Positions 10,544-21,095 are shown, numbered from the stretch's first letter. The stretch: 64,000 bases of DNA from an uncultured virus (IMG/VR IMGVR_UViG_3300003394_000004) (IMGVR_UViG_3300003394_000004:1-64000), one strand, 5' to 3'. The notes: generated by a model from the sequence alone, not told the origin. Made by a program: numbers and translations.

Positions 10544-11221
10544 TTAATAGTCTCCCCATGGTGTATCATCAATTTCTTCTGACAATGTTTCAATTTTGTT
10601 TTCAACATATGAACGTATTTTTTTCATACTATCCAAAAATTCATTTCTCAATTTATGAAATTCTTCATCTTCAATTTCTTCAAATGAACTGTAGTGTTCA
10701 AAACAATAATCCATACCTTTATCACCCATTCTATATTGAACGGCTTTGAAATTCTCAAGTTTATCTTCTATTTCTTTAATATTTGTTTTCATAATCTTAA
10801 TAGTATGTTCAATCCGAACTCTTACACAATTTTGAGGTAATTTGTTAATGTGTCTGTAGTTGTTGATATAACCCATCATATTTCCACTACCAATCGCATT
10901 TGCAGAGTGAACAACCACATCAACAACAGGTTTTCCATCCATCCATTGTTCAACCAACCACTTGGTACAATCCATACCAGTTTTTTCGGTAATGTTATCG
11001 TAGTTCAATTCGTAGTTTTTATAAACATTTCTGTGCCATTCCGCCATTGCAGTATCACCCAAATCATGGTCCAAAGAAATAGATTGAATATTTTCCAAAC
11101 CAATCTCATTCACCTTCTCTACAAACTCATTGTAGGAACGAACAACCACCCAAGGCTGGTTATCATCACCTACACCCTGAGTGGGAGTTCTTACATCATC
11201 CAAATAGATATACTGTTTCAT
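10544..11221 (-). CDS. cyclic-phosphate-processing Receiver-like domain protein with C-terminal extension
   Basis: YLDDVRTP, ISLDHDLG, TGMDC..WL, VHSAN..G motifs. Confidence 0.75.
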   Translation of the reverse strand: MKQYIYLDDVRTPTQGVGDDNQPWVVVRSYNEFVEKVNEIGLENIQSISLDHDLGDTAMAEWHRNVYKNYELNYDNITEKTGMDCTKWLVEQWMDGKPVVDVVVHSANAIGSGNMMGYINNYRHINKLPQNCVRVRIEHTIKIMKTNIKEIEDKLENFKAVQYRMGDKGMDYCFEHYSSFEEIEDEEFHKLRNEFLDSMKKIRSYVENKIETLSEEIDDTPWGDY

Positions 11222-11230
11222 ATTACAAAG

Positions 11231-11665
11231 TTAATTATTTTTTTCTACATTAGTATAATAATAGTTTAAGAATTCATAAACTAATTCTTCTAAAATTTCT
11301 AATTTGTTATCTGAGTGTTCTCTTTCAATTACAAAAAGTTCACCATCAATTTCAATACTGAAATATTTTCCCGATAAAATAACAAATGGGAACCCATCAT
11401 TACATGGAGTCAATTCAATTTTATCAACCACTTCCATTGCGCCATCCCAACAAAAAAATGGTGTACAATATACATCTTGGAAATATGAGATAATGTCACC
11501 ATTATCTTCCATGCGAACAATGTCTTCAATTGAATACTCTAAATGAGGTAATTCCCATTTTGATTGAATAAACACATCTTCATTCAATTTTTCATTGTGA
11601 TTACATTTTACTGTTTGGGAAAATTTGTATCCCATAAAATGATAGAGTTGATTTAGTTTGTCCAT
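11231..11665 (-). CDS. hypothetical protein
   Basis: ORF track. Confidence 0.65.
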   Translation of the reverse strand: MDKLNQLYHFMGYKFSQTVKCNHNEKLNEDVFIQSKWELPHLEYSIEDIVRMEDNGDIISYFQDVYCTPFFCWDGAMEVVDKIELTPCNDGFPFVILSGKYFSIEIDGELFVIEREHSDNKLEILEELVYEFLNYYYTNVEKNN

Positions 11666-11812
11666 AGTTTTTCAAATGTAATAAAAAAAATTGGTAAAAA
11701 AAAGACCCAATTTCTTGGGTCTTGTGGAAAAGGTATATATAAAAAGACACCCGAAGGTGGAGATATATAAATATATCCAAGTTAAAAAAATCTCACGTAT
11801 TAGTGTAAAAAA

Positions 11813-12034
11813 TTACGCATTTTTAATGATTGTTAATTTTTCTCTCATTAAAGTTTTAAATTCATTTTTAATAGTTTTTTTAAGAAGGTTGTTTTTACCC
11901 AAACTCTTAAAATAATCCTTGTGTTTATTTTTAAAATTATCAAATAGTTTTTCGGTACTCATAACATGGCTAATTGTTTCACAAGAATTTAAAACCTTTA
12001 TTACCCAACTAAAATCATCATTTACTGTGTTCAT
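11813..12034 (-). CDS. hypothetical protein
   Basis: ORF track; TATCTTTG upstream on the minus strand. Confidence 0.6.
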   Translation of the reverse strand: MNTVNDDFSWVIKVLNSCETISHVMSTEKLFDNFKNKHKDYFKSLGKNNLLKKTIKNEFKTLMREKLTIIKNA

Positions 12035-12099
12035 ACAACAAAGATAAAAAAAAGTGTTGAATTAACAACACTTTTCTTAAAAATAATTTTATTTGAGGA

Positions 12100-12930
12100 T
12101 TACGATAATAAGTGATAATACTCTTTAAAGTGTTTAATTCTATCAGGTAAACCTATTATCCCACCATTAACTCGTTTCGTAACAGATGTTACTGTAGCAT
12201 CGTTAGCTCCTTTATCAGAAATTGCATTTAATCCGTTTTTACTGAAGAACCAACCTGCTGACGCCAATGCGTATTTGGTAGCAACCAAATCAGGGTTTGA
12301 GACAGTATCTTCACCGATTGATTTTGCAAAAGATGTATAGTTTTCTTTACCCGTCAATTGGATGTAACCTCTACCTCTGAATTTATAACCTTCTTTAGTT
12401 TCTTCACCACCATTACCCATTCTACCACCATAAACTTTTGATGCGATTTTTTCAGGGTTTCTTGCGTAAGATTCGGCAATGTTACCAGGGAAATATTTAG
12501 GGAAAATCTTTTTAAGACCATCCGCAGAGTAATTTAAGTTTTCTTGTGTTGCTTTGAATCCACCTGATTCGTGTCCACATTGTGCCAAGAAATGTGCCAA
12601 TCTTAAAGGAGTGTTAATTTGGAATTTTTCCATTACTGTTGGAATTTGTGCAATTACAGAGTCAGGTATATGTCCTTTTAATTTTTCTAAATTGATTGGA
12701 CTACCTTTAGGAATAACAACGTCTTCTTTGATTACTGCAGGTGTTGCACCTAATCCAAGTTTTTTTAATGATGATGGTCCGATGATTCCATCAGCTGTCA
12801 ATCCATTTTTTATTTGCCATTCTTTAATTGCTTTTTCAGTTCCAGGACCAAAGTTACCATCAGCAACTAATCCTAATTTTTTTTGAAGAGCTTTAACCTC
12901 TTCTCCTTTTGAACCATTTTTTAATATCAT
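12100..12930 (-). CDS. endolysin: PG-binding domain plus GH19 chitinase/lysozyme domain
   Basis: LKNGSKGEEVKALQKKLGL.ADG.FGPGT; RLAHFLAQCGHESGGF..ENLNYS; FRGRGYIQLTGKENY; RVNGG..GL.DR. Confidence 0.92.
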   Translation of the reverse strand: MILKNGSKGEEVKALQKKLGLVADGNFGPGTEKAIKEWQIKNGLTADGIIGPSSLKKLGLGATPAVIKEDVVIPKGSPINLEKLKGHIPDSVIAQIPTVMEKFQINTPLRLAHFLAQCGHESGGFKATQENLNYSADGLKKIFPKYFPGNIAESYARNPEKIASKVYGGRMGNGGEETKEGYKFRGRGYIQLTGKENYTSFAKSIGEDTVSNPDLVATKYALASAGWFFSKNGLNAISDKGANDATVTSVTKRVNGGIIGLPDRIKHFKEYYHLLS

Positions 12931-13075
12931 AGTATCTTAGTTTTACTATAAATATTACCTTACAAGAATAGGTTAAAACCCATAGTAAAATTTTTAATAT
13001 CATTTTTACCACCTGAATTCCCCATATTTAACCCCAAATTACCCATATTTTCACCATTTTGAGGTGTATTTCTAT

Positions 13076-13142
13076 TTGAATTCCCCATATTACCGCCCAA
13101 ATTACTTGAATTCCCCATATTACCGCCCAAATTACTTGAATT
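13076..13142. repeat. 30-bp tandem repeat (about 2.2 copies) inside a low-complexity intergenic tract
   Basis: ttgaattccccatattaccgcccaaattac occurs twice in tandem. Confidence 0.8.
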
Positions 13143-13449
13143 ACCGCTATTTTCTCCATTTTGACCTAAATTTTGACCTATTACCCGTTTGTGGCTCATT
13201 TTGGGGTGAATTTAGCTCATTTTGGGGTAAATTTGAGCCATAAATTGGGTTATTTTGACCTATATTTCCCTTATTTGTACCTAATCGGGCATTATTAACC
13301 CCATTTTAGTCATATTTGTACCCAATTGGGTATTGTTTTTATTATTTTTCCCCGAACTTACACTATTATCATTAATTGTTGAATTATTGTTGATTTAGAA
13401 CACTGAAAAAGAAATAAAAAGGTTTTAGGGTGACTGAGTATTTATATAT

Positions 13450-14550
13450 ATGTTTGATTTAATAACAGAAGTAAAAAAAATAAAAACAATGATGGGTCTT
13501 ATTAAAGAAGACCAAGATTTAAATTCTATTAACAAACATGCACAAAATATTCTAAACATTATAAAGTTTAGTGGTTTATATTCATCTACGATTAAAAAAC
13601 TTATTGATAAGGTTATTAAGTTTGGTGAGACCAACATTATTGACTTTGATTTGATTGAAAAAAACCTTAAAAATGTGATGTTGAAAAAAGGTAATCGTAA
13701 GAAAAATGTTGAAGACTATTTCTTAAGAATCTTTACATCATTAGAGTTTAGAGAAAAAGGAATTTATGGTATAGAACCTGAAACTGATGATTTTGGTTTT
13801 GGAAATGAAGATATTTCAATTGTACCTAAAAAAATCTTTAACAAAGAACTATACGGATTACAAGTTGAATTAATTAAATTACAAGAGTGGTTGGCTGAAA
13901 CAGGTAAAACCGTTCTTATTGTTTTTGAAGGTAGAGACAGTGCGGGTAAAGGTTCATCAATTAAAAAGTTCACAGAAAATATTAATCCAAAAGGATTTAA
14001 AGTTATTCAACTTGGAATTCCAACACCTGATGATAGAGCTGATTGGTGGGGTAGATATAGAAAACAAATTGAACCAGGTAAAATCAATTTATTTGATAGA
14101 AGTTGGTACAACAGAGGTTTAGTTGAACCTGTTGCTGGTTATGGTACTCCTGAAGAATATGAAGACTTTATGGAAAACGTTGAGAACTTTGAAAATTCAC
14201 TAGTAGAAAATGGAGATTTCCTTTTCAAACTTTGGTTCTCAATTGATAAAGAAACCATGGGAAAAAGATTCAAACAAAGATTAAGTTCACCATTAAAGAA
14301 ATGGAAATATTCACCTAATGATGAAAAGATGTTAGATTTATGGGATAGATTTACTGAATTCAAAGAAAAACTATTTGATAGGACATCAACGGTAAACCAT
14401 CCTTGGGTTATTTTAGATTCGTCAGATAAAAGAGTGTCAGGATTAAATTCAATAAGATATGTTTTACAGAACATACCATATAAAGGAAAAAATGAAGAAT
14501 TCTTAAGTAAAGAATATCCTGAAGCATTAACTGTATTGAGGCCGGAATAA
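13450..14550 (+). CDS. ppk2: polyphosphate kinase 2 with N-terminal extension
   Basis: VFEGRDSAGKG, FDRSWYNR..VE.V.G, KWKYSPND. Confidence 0.92.
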   Translation: MFDLITEVKKIKTMMGLIKEDQDLNSINKHAQNILNIIKFSGLYSSTIKKLIDKVIKFGETNIIDFDLIEKNLKNVMLKKGNRKKNVEDYFLRIFTSLEFREKGIYGIEPETDDFGFGNEDISIVPKKIFNKELYGLQVELIKLQEWLAETGKTVLIVFEGRDSAGKGSSIKKFTENINPKGFKVIQLGIPTPDDRADWWGRYRKQIEPGKINLFDRSWYNRGLVEPVAGYGTPEEYEDFMENVENFENSLVENGDFLFKLWFSIDKETMGKRFKQRLSSPLKKWKYSPNDEKMLDLWDRFTEFKEKLFDRTSTVNHPWVILDSSDKRVSGLNSIRYVLQNIPYKGKNEEFLSKEYPEALTVLRPE

Positions 14551-15137
14551 TGAAAAATTTTATTCGTTATATATTAAAAGAAAACTTACCAAAAAAAGGT
14601 ATTCTAATAAAAGAAGGTGTTGAAATCTCAGAAGGATTAAAATATCACAAAGAATATGATTTGCCTTTAGTTGAAAATGTTTTTATACCATTTTCAGATG
14701 AGTTTTTTTCGTTAATAAATGAAACACGTGGTCTTTGGAAAAATGGGTTAGTCCAACTTTGTGAAGATGATGAGTGGTTATTAAAAACTGATATTGGAAA
14801 AACAGCAATGTTTGAAGGTGATGAAGTTTGGTTAGATATTCCATTTTTAATAGAAGAGGATGATGAATCTATTAATGAGGCTGAATATAACGGAAAAAAT
14901 GTTAAATTAAATTCGCCATTTAAAACTTCAGGTAAATTAAAGAAATTTGCTGTGTATGTAAAAGAACCAAGTGGTGATATTAAAATGGTTAAATTTGGTG
15001 ACCCAAATAACAAGCCCGAAACAAAGAAAAATTTTAGAGTACGTCACAAATGTGACACAAAACATGACAAAACCAAAGCTGTATATTGGGCGTGTAATAT
15101 ATCAAAGTATAGAAAAAAGTTGGGTATTAAATCTTAA
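14550..15137 (+). CDS. conserved phage protein
   Basis: KKFAVYVK..VKFGDP..FRVRHKC..YWAC motif; stop/start overlap with ppk2. Confidence 0.65.
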   Translation: MKNFIRYILKENLPKKGILIKEGVEISEGLKYHKEYDLPLVENVFIPFSDEFFSLINETRGLWKNGLVQLCEDDEWLLKTDIGKTAMFEGDEVWLDIPFLIEEDDESINEAEYNGKNVKLNSPFKTSGKLKKFAVYVKEPSGDIKMVKFGDPNNKPETKKNFRVRHKCDTKHDKTKAVYWACNISKYRKKLGIKS

Positions 15138-15199
15138 TTCTATAGTAATTTAATATTAATATAATATTCTCAAACATTCCATTTTCTATTTATAGATGT

Positions 15200-15907
15200 A
15201 TGGAATTACAAGATATATTAACGGTAGTTATACCGTGTAAAAATGAAAAAGAGAATGTCCGAAACATTTTAAATTCTCTTAACAAACAAAAAAATTCTAA
15301 AGATTTATTGGTGATTGTTGCTGACATTAGTGATGATATGGTAACAGTTCATCATATAAATTCTGAAAGAAATAAAAACATTCAAATTTTAATAATTGGC
15401 GGTGGATATCCAGCTTATGGTAGACATCAAGGTGGTTTAATGTCTGAAACACCATACACTTTGTTTTTGGATTCAGACATGGAAATTAAAGATACAGATT
15501 TTTTAGAAAAAATATTAAATGAAATTATTACTAAAAAAGGTTCATTACTTACTTGTAAAGTTAGAACCGCAGATAACAAATATAACAACTTTTTTAAGTT
15601 TTTTGATTTAATACAAAAATTTCACAGAATAACAGGACCATTTGCATTGGGTGGAATTATGTTGTTTAATACTGAAAGTTATTTTAAACTTGGTGGATTT
15701 AATCCAAATGATAAATTTGCTGAAGATTATAACTTAAGTAAAAAAGTTAACTCAAAAGATTTTATTTTATCAAAAAATATAATACACACATCATCAAGAA
15801 GATTAAAATCTAAAGGTGTTTGGTACATGGCTAAATTAATGTTCCTTTCTTTTCTTAATAGAAATAACCAAAGTTTTTTTGAAAAAACACATTCGTATTG
15901 GTCATGA
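15200..15907 (+). CDS. glycosyltransferase family 2
   Basis: VVIPCKNE, LFLDSD (DxD), GGF..AED, TSSRR. Confidence 0.9.
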   Translation: MELQDILTVVIPCKNEKENVRNILNSLNKQKNSKDLLVIVADISDDMVTVHHINSERNKNIQILIIGGGYPAYGRHQGGLMSETPYTLFLDSDMEIKDTDFLEKILNEIITKKGSLLTCKVRTADNKYNNFFKFFDLIQKFHRITGPFALGGIMLFNTESYFKLGGFNPNDKFAEDYNLSKKVNSKDFILSKNIIHTSSRRLKSKGVWYMAKLMFLSFLNRNNQSFFEKTHSYWS

Positions 15908-16623
15908 GTTATAGAACGGTTATAATTTCAGATTTACATTTAGGTTCAAAAGCTTCAAGGTCAAAAGATATTATTAATTTTTTGGAAACAATTGAGTGTC
16001 ATAATTTATTTCTTAATGGTGATATTATTGATGGGTGGGCAATGAAACGTGGTTCAAAATGGAAAGATTCACATACTAAAGTCATTAGAAAAATACTTAA
16101 GATGGCTGAAAAAGGAACTAATGTGGTTTGGGTTAAAGGTAACCACGATGATTTTTTAGAAAACTACATGGGACTAACATTAGGTAATATTACAATAAAA
16201 AAAGATTTGATGTATAAAGGTATTGATAAGAGATTATATTATATTTTTCATGGAGATGTTTTAGATGTATTCTCATCAAAATTCAAACTAATTGCAAAAA
16301 TAGGTTCTATTGGATATGATTTTGCTTTGTGGTTAAATAGAGTTTATAACAAATACAGAGAACTCAGAAAACTACCATATTATTCAATATCTAATGATAT
16401 TAAACAAGGTGTTAAAGCGGCGGTTAATTTTGTTGGTGATTTTGAAAAAAACGCAGTACTTTTGTCCAAACAAAAAAATTGTGATGTGGCTGTTTGTGGA
16501 CACATTCACAAAGTTGAGTTGAGTGAAAAATATATGAACTCAGGTGATTGGTGTGAAAGTTGTACAGCCTTGGTTGAAGATTATGATGGAAAGTGGACCA
16601 TCATCCACCATCATAATCTATAG
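15904..16623 (+). CDS. UDP-2,3-diacylglucosamine diphosphatase-like (LpxH-like) metallophosphoesterase
   Basis: ISDLHLG, NGDIIDGW, GNHD, HGD..D, CGHIH, NSGDW.ES.TALVE. Confidence 0.85.
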   Translation: MSYRTVIISDLHLGSKASRSKDIINFLETIECHNLFLNGDIIDGWAMKRGSKWKDSHTKVIRKILKMAEKGTNVVWVKGNHDDFLENYMGLTLGNITIKKDLMYKGIDKRLYYIFHGDVLDVFSSKFKLIAKIGSIGYDFALWLNRVYNKYRELRKLPYYSISNDIKQGVKAAVNFVGDFEKNAVLLSKQKNCDVAVCGHIHKVELSEKYMNSGDWCESCTALVEDYDGKWTIIHHHNL

Positions 16624-16630
16624 GCCCACT

Positions 16631-17578
16631 CTAATCAATTTGTTGTTCCATGGGTTCATTAATTATTATTGAAACTTCATTTCTAACACGTCTGTTAACA
16701 GTTCTAATTGGTTCACCATCTCCAAGAGGTATTGGTGATAATTCATCTTCTTTCATGTGTAAATCATGAGATTGTACCCAATACTCACCACCAAGTTCTT
16801 TATTGGTTTTAGTTTCTGAAGATGTATAGATATTTTTAATTAACTGATAAACATCAAAATCAATTTCAGCTGATAAAGAATCTATTCTTTCATCAACGGA
16901 GTTCCAAAATGAAATGTCATAAAATTTGTTACCATTTCTAAACATATGAAACGCTAATTTATATCCAGTATCTTTATTTATACAATAAACTAAAACACCC
17001 TCTTCAGTATATCTAAAAAATTGATATGGGTTATGTTTTGCTGCGGTACACCATTTAGTATGTGCTCCATATTTTAATGATGCTTCGTAGGTTAACGGTC
17101 TAATAACCAACCATTTTTCAGTATCTAAATCAACATATGTTTGTTTAGAAAACTCTTTTCCTATGTTTTTTATGTTAATTAAATTGATGACACTTTCAAT
17201 TTCAGTCAAAGTCTTTATTTGATTAATATCTACACCAGTAATTTGATGTTTTTCATACATTTCAATAAAGTCTACTAAAGAATCTAATTCATTGTTGGGA
17301 ATATGTTGTAACCCACTCCAAAAACTAAAAACAAATGATGGGTCTAAAATATCAAAAGTACCTTTTAAGTGTGGTGCAATATCTTCAATTCTACGAATAT
17401 AATCTATAGTGTCTTCTTTCCAATCACCAACTTTATTTTTGAATGATGAATCAACAATGTTTGTCAACATAGGTAAAAATTTATTAGTATTTGATGGGTC
17501 AATCATTTCTAACACATCAATAAGTGATAGGTTCATCCAAGGTGGTACGGTTTCTTTAAACTTTTTTAATTTTGTCAT
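16631..17578 (-). CDS. hypothetical protein, YG.xT.WCT family paralog 1
   Basis: PLTYEASLKYGAHTKWCTA; start moved to ATG 17578 because the track start runs through tRNA-Ser. Confidence 0.7.
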   Translation of the reverse strand: MTKLKKFKETVPPWMNLSLIDVLEMIDPSNTNKFLPMLTNIVDSSFKNKVGDWKEDTIDYIRRIEDIAPHLKGTFDILDPSFVFSFWSGLQHIPNNELDSLVDFIEMYEKHQITGVDINQIKTLTEIESVINLINIKNIGKEFSKQTYVDLDTEKWLVIRPLTYEASLKYGAHTKWCTAAKHNPYQFFRYTEEGVLVYCINKDTGYKLAFHMFRNGNKFYDISFWNSVDERIDSLSAEIDFDVYQLIKNIYTSSETKTNKELGGEYWVQSHDLHMKEDELSPIPLGDGEPIRTVNRRVRNEVSIIINEPMEQQID

Positions 17579-17646
17579 GATTAAATTATTTGATACAAAG
17601 ATAGTAAATAAAAAAAACCGAGTCAAATAAATAGGTTCTTTTTTTG

Positions 17647-17731
17647 CGGAAGATGAGGGACTCGAACCCACGCATCCTTTTAAGGATGTACGGTTTAGCA
17701 AACCGCTGCATTACCACTCTGCCAATCTTCC
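17647..17731 (-). tRNA. tRNA-Ser(GCT)
   Basis: Cloverleaf with long variable arm; anticodon arm GCGGT-TTGCTAA-ACCGT; GGTTCGAGTCC. Confidence 0.93.
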
Positions 17732-17766
17732 AAAAAAAAATCTTGGGTTGGTGTCCCAAGATTTTG

Positions 17767-17853
17767 CGGAGGCTTAGGGATTCGAACCCCAGGATGCCTT
17801 TCAACATCTTCAGTTTTCAAGACTGACGCAATCGACCGCTCTGCCAAACCTCC
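17767..17853 (-). tRNA. tRNA-Ser(TGA)
   Basis: TCAGT-CTTGAAA-ACTGA; long variable arm; GGTTCGAATCC. Confidence 0.93.
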
Positions 17854-17874
17854 GTAGTGATAATAAATACAAAT

Positions 17875-18300
17875 TTATATAGTTTTGTCTAAAATATCAA
17901 GACTACCATCAATAATTTGATTAATCCTATTTTTCGCTCTGTCACTAATTGGAATTGGGTTTCCCTCATCATCAATTCTCACAAAGGTGATTTGTGTATG
18001 TAAGATGACGGTTTGTTTTCCTGTATAAACACTATGTGCCCTGGCCTCAAAATAAAGTGTGATTGATGTGTTCCCAACCTTAAGGGGTTTACCATATATT
18101 TTTAATAGTTGACCTTCTTTACCGGGTTTAATAAATCTACATTCATCTAATGCAATTGTAACCAATCTTGGTGAATCACAAAGTTGCATTGATAATGCTG
18201 ATGCCGCTGAATCAACCCAAGCAAGTATTTTACCCCCAAATAAATTTCCGTGAAAACCTAAATCTGATTTTTTGATTGGGTGAGTGTTCAATAATTCCAT
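17875..18300 (-). CDS. acyl-CoA thioesterase (HotDog fold)
   Basis: HGNLFGGKILAWVD, VT..D..F..P, VGNTS, TFVRID..G.P. Confidence 0.85.
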   Translation of the reverse strand: MELLNTHPIKKSDLGFHGNLFGGKILAWVDSAASALSMQLCDSPRLVTIALDECRFIKPGKEGQLLKIYGKPLKVGNTSITLYFEARAHSVYTGKQTVILHTQITFVRIDDEGNPIPISDRAKNRINQIIDGSLDILDKTI

Positions 18301-18356
18301 AATAAAAATATATAAATTTATTTGTGGAAATCAAATTGATTATGTATCTTTGTCTT

Positions 18357-18833
18357 ATGAAACGCTTAATAATTTTAATTTTTATTTTGATGACAATATC
18401 TGCCAAGGCACAGACGAACTACAATAATGGTAGGACGTGTGATTTTATCTTGGTTCAGGGTGACACATCTTTAATCACTGGGTTTAACGGGTTGGATAAA
18501 AAAGACTTTGGAATTTACTTGGGTGTTAAGTATGGTGGTTTATTCAGTGGTAGTATTTTTTACACACCATTCAACGCAATCAATCGGTTGGGTATTTCTA
18601 AGGGGTATATGAAAGATGGAATTAGATTAAGTGGTGGTATTAAAATAACACCAAAAGGTATAAATAATTTTGATTTGCGTCCTGAATTTGGTGTATCGTT
18701 ACACCCAATTCGTTTGATTAGTCAAGACCCGTATTCGTTTGATATTGTATTATCATTCTACAAATCAACCACAACTCGTTTTGGTTTCGGTATATCATTC
18801 CCAATCCAATACAGAAATAACTTTAGGTTATGA
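18357..18833 (+). CDS. secreted or outer-membrane beta-strand-rich protein
   Basis: Signal peptide MKRLIILIFILMTISAKAQ; alternating aromatic/Gly strands. Confidence 0.55.
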   Translation: MKRLIILIFILMTISAKAQTNYNNGRTCDFILVQGDTSLITGFNGLDKKDFGIYLGVKYGGLFSGSIFYTPFNAINRLGISKGYMKDGIRLSGGIKITPKGINNFDLRPEFGVSLHPIRLISQDPYSFDIVLSFYKSTTTRFGFGISFPIQYRNNFRL

Positions 18834-18845
18834 TATTTATATTCA

Positions 18846-19817
18846 ATGGACAATTCAACCATAGAACAGATTAATAAGATTTTCAAAACCAAAAAATTAA
18901 CTTGGTGTGGTAATTTTTTGAGGTATGATGAGAATGCCGACCAAGATTGTTACGATTTTACTTTTCAAATTGACAAAATCAAACCGATGATTTCTGTGGG
19001 TGAGTGGAAAGACCACGCCCTTGTTGAGGTTACTTTACATGTTGACCCAAAAACTATACTTGGTAAACTTGTTTCTGGTGAATACAAAGAAATTTGGGGG
19101 GATAGTGAAAATCTATTACGTTTTTACCCAATTAAAAATGGTACTGCAGATAAAATAACAAAAGCCTTAAAATTAGTATCTGAATTGGATGTTATTGTGA
19201 CATCTATAAAACCTGTACTTGTTGGTGAAGAAGAAACAATTACTGAAGATTCAGGGTATAGAAAAACTGTTCGTGATGTTGTAAGAGATATGGTTTTTGA
19301 AATAAAAAAGAATTTAAGAGGTAAAAGAGAAATCACATTTCCTGAGTACAATCTTGGTCAACACCCACCTTTTGAATTGGTATTGAAAATGAATCCAACA
19401 CCAAAAAAACATAGACATGAATTATTAAAACCATTTGATGTTCAGGCTTTTTGGGTTGAAGGTGAAGATAAAATTGAAGTTGAGGTTGATATTGATGAAA
19501 AGGCTGGTAATGAAATTTTTTATGAATTGATTGGTGAACTAAATGATGACATAAGACATGAATTGGAACACAGAAAACAAGAATATTCGGGATATGAATT
19601 TCCTGATAAGGAATACAAACAACCTTTAAGGTATTATACACAACAACATGAAATTGAAGCTCAGGTTGCGGGATTCAAAAGAAAAGCCAAAATACAAGGT
19701 AGAAATATTGAAGATGTAATGAGGGAATTTTTCAATAGAAGAAAAGAAGTGTATAATTTAAAACAATCAACAATTGATAAAATTGTTGCTCGTCTAATGG
19801 ACGAATATATTAAATAA
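18846..19817 (+). CDS. hypothetical protein with zincin-like HExxH motif
   Basis: RHELEHRKQ..Y..HEIEA. Confidence 0.6.
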   Translation: MDNSTIEQINKIFKTKKLTWCGNFLRYDENADQDCYDFTFQIDKIKPMISVGEWKDHALVEVTLHVDPKTILGKLVSGEYKEIWGDSENLLRFYPIKNGTADKITKALKLVSELDVIVTSIKPVLVGEEETITEDSGYRKTVRDVVRDMVFEIKKNLRGKREITFPEYNLGQHPPFELVLKMNPTPKKHRHELLKPFDVQAFWVEGEDKIEVEVDIDEKAGNEIFYELIGELNDDIRHELEHRKQEYSGYEFPDKEYKQPLRYYTQQHEIEAQVAGFKRKAKIQGRNIEDVMREFFNRRKEVYNLKQSTIDKIVARLMDEYIK

Positions 19818-20432
19818 TTATTTTTTAATAATTCTATTCACAATTTCTTCAAGAACTGAAGATGCTATGTGAAATACGCCAATTGCCGCAATTCTTTCTA
19901 CCAATCTTGAAACATCATCTGATGACATATCATGTCCTTGAATTGCCATGGTTAGATACCCAATTAACGGTATCATGTAAATATAACCAATAACATCGGT
20001 TAAAAACGCAGCGGAGTTTCCTAAGGTAGCTAAAAATCCTTTAAAGGCTGTTACAAGTTTTCTTGATTTAACAATAGAAGTTCTAAATATGTCTTCTAAA
20101 CCCTCTTCTTTAATTTTAGGTAAAAGTTCCTTTAAAATGTTTTTTCCTTCATTAAACAAGACACAAACAGTAGCCACAATCACCACAAGCGTTTGTTGTT
20201 CTGTCATTTCAGGATATTTTCCTTGTAAAAATTTTTCCAAAGGTTCTACCAATCCACCAACAGCGGCACCAAAGGTTAATAATATTTTAAAATTAAAACC
20301 TAATCTTTTTTTAACTCTTTTATATAAACTAGCTGAAAAATCTATACCATGTTCATGTATAGTTTTTAAAGTATCATTTAAACTTTCGGTCAAAATTAAT
20401 GTTCTTTGACTTTCTGTAATTAAAACATCCAT
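19818..20432 (-). CDS. hypothetical protein with hydrophobic helices
   Basis: ORF track; start moved to MDVLITESQ. Confidence 0.65.
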   Translation of the reverse strand: MDVLITESQRTLILTESLNDTLKTIHEHGIDFSASLYKRVKKRLGFNFKILLTFGAAVGGLVEPLEKFLQGKYPEMTEQQTLVVIVATVCVLFNEGKNILKELLPKIKEEGLEDIFRTSIVKSRKLVTAFKGFLATLGNSAAFLTDVIGYIYMIPLIGYLTMAIQGHDMSSDDVSRLVERIAAIGVFHIASSVLEEIVNRIIKK

Positions 20433-20468
20433 ACTAATAAATACTTTGATATATTTATTCTGTATAAT

Positions 20469-21095
20469 ATGTCGCAATTAAATCCAAAATTAGAGCCTGG
20501 TGATAGAATAGTTTTACTTCATATGGATGACCCATATAGTGCTGTTCGTATGGGTACAAAAGGTACCGTACTTAAAATTGTTAGAGTTCCGTTTGATATG
20601 GGATACCAATATAATGTTAAATGGGATGATGGTTCTACATTAGATTTATTACCTGATACAGATAGTTGGGTGTTAGCAACAGATGTTAAATCAAAGAAAA
20701 ATTTAACAACTGAAGAATTTGGTAATGAATTAAAAACGTTATCAAAACATAAAGACATTATCAAGAATATGGATTATAGACCAGTTCTTGATTATCTAAA
20801 ACTTGTGCAAAAATCAGGATTGGTTAATATGATTCAGGCAATGCCATTTTTAATGACAGACTCACACAATTTACATAAATTGATTTATAAGTTTGATGGT
20901 GAACCCGATGATTATCCTGAATTATTTGAAAATGTTGATGATGTAAGACAAATTTTAGTTTCTGAAACAATTAGAATTATGGAAGAAAAAAATATGGAGT
21001 TTAACGATACTACAATCAATAGTGTTTTCCAAAAAGTTTGTAGAGCGGTTATGGAAATGTACACAAGTTTATACTCAACTTACTTTAAGAAATAA
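20469..21095 (+). CDS. DUF4314-like domain protein
   Basis: GDRIVLLHMDDPY..GTKGTV..VKWDDGSTL.L. Confidence 0.6.
   Translation: MSQLNPKLEPGDRIVLLHMDDPYSAVRMGTKGTVLKIVRVPFDMGYQYNVKWDDGSTLDLLPDTDSWVLATDVKSKKNLTTEEFGNELKTLSKHKDIIKNMDYRPVLDYLKLVQKSGLVNMIQAMPFLMTDSHNLHKLIYKFDGEPDDYPELFENVDDVRQILVSETIRIMEEKNMEFNDTTINSVFQKVCRAVMEMYTSLYSTYFKK

Noticed and set aside
10544..10792. Programmed fusion at the end of the Receiver-like gene
   Set aside because: It may be two genes joined by a lost stop (internal MKTNIKE), but no recoding signal is visible.
12960..13199. 79-aa Asn/Gly-rich ORF
   Set aside because: It is explained by low-complexity repeats, with no other support for coding.
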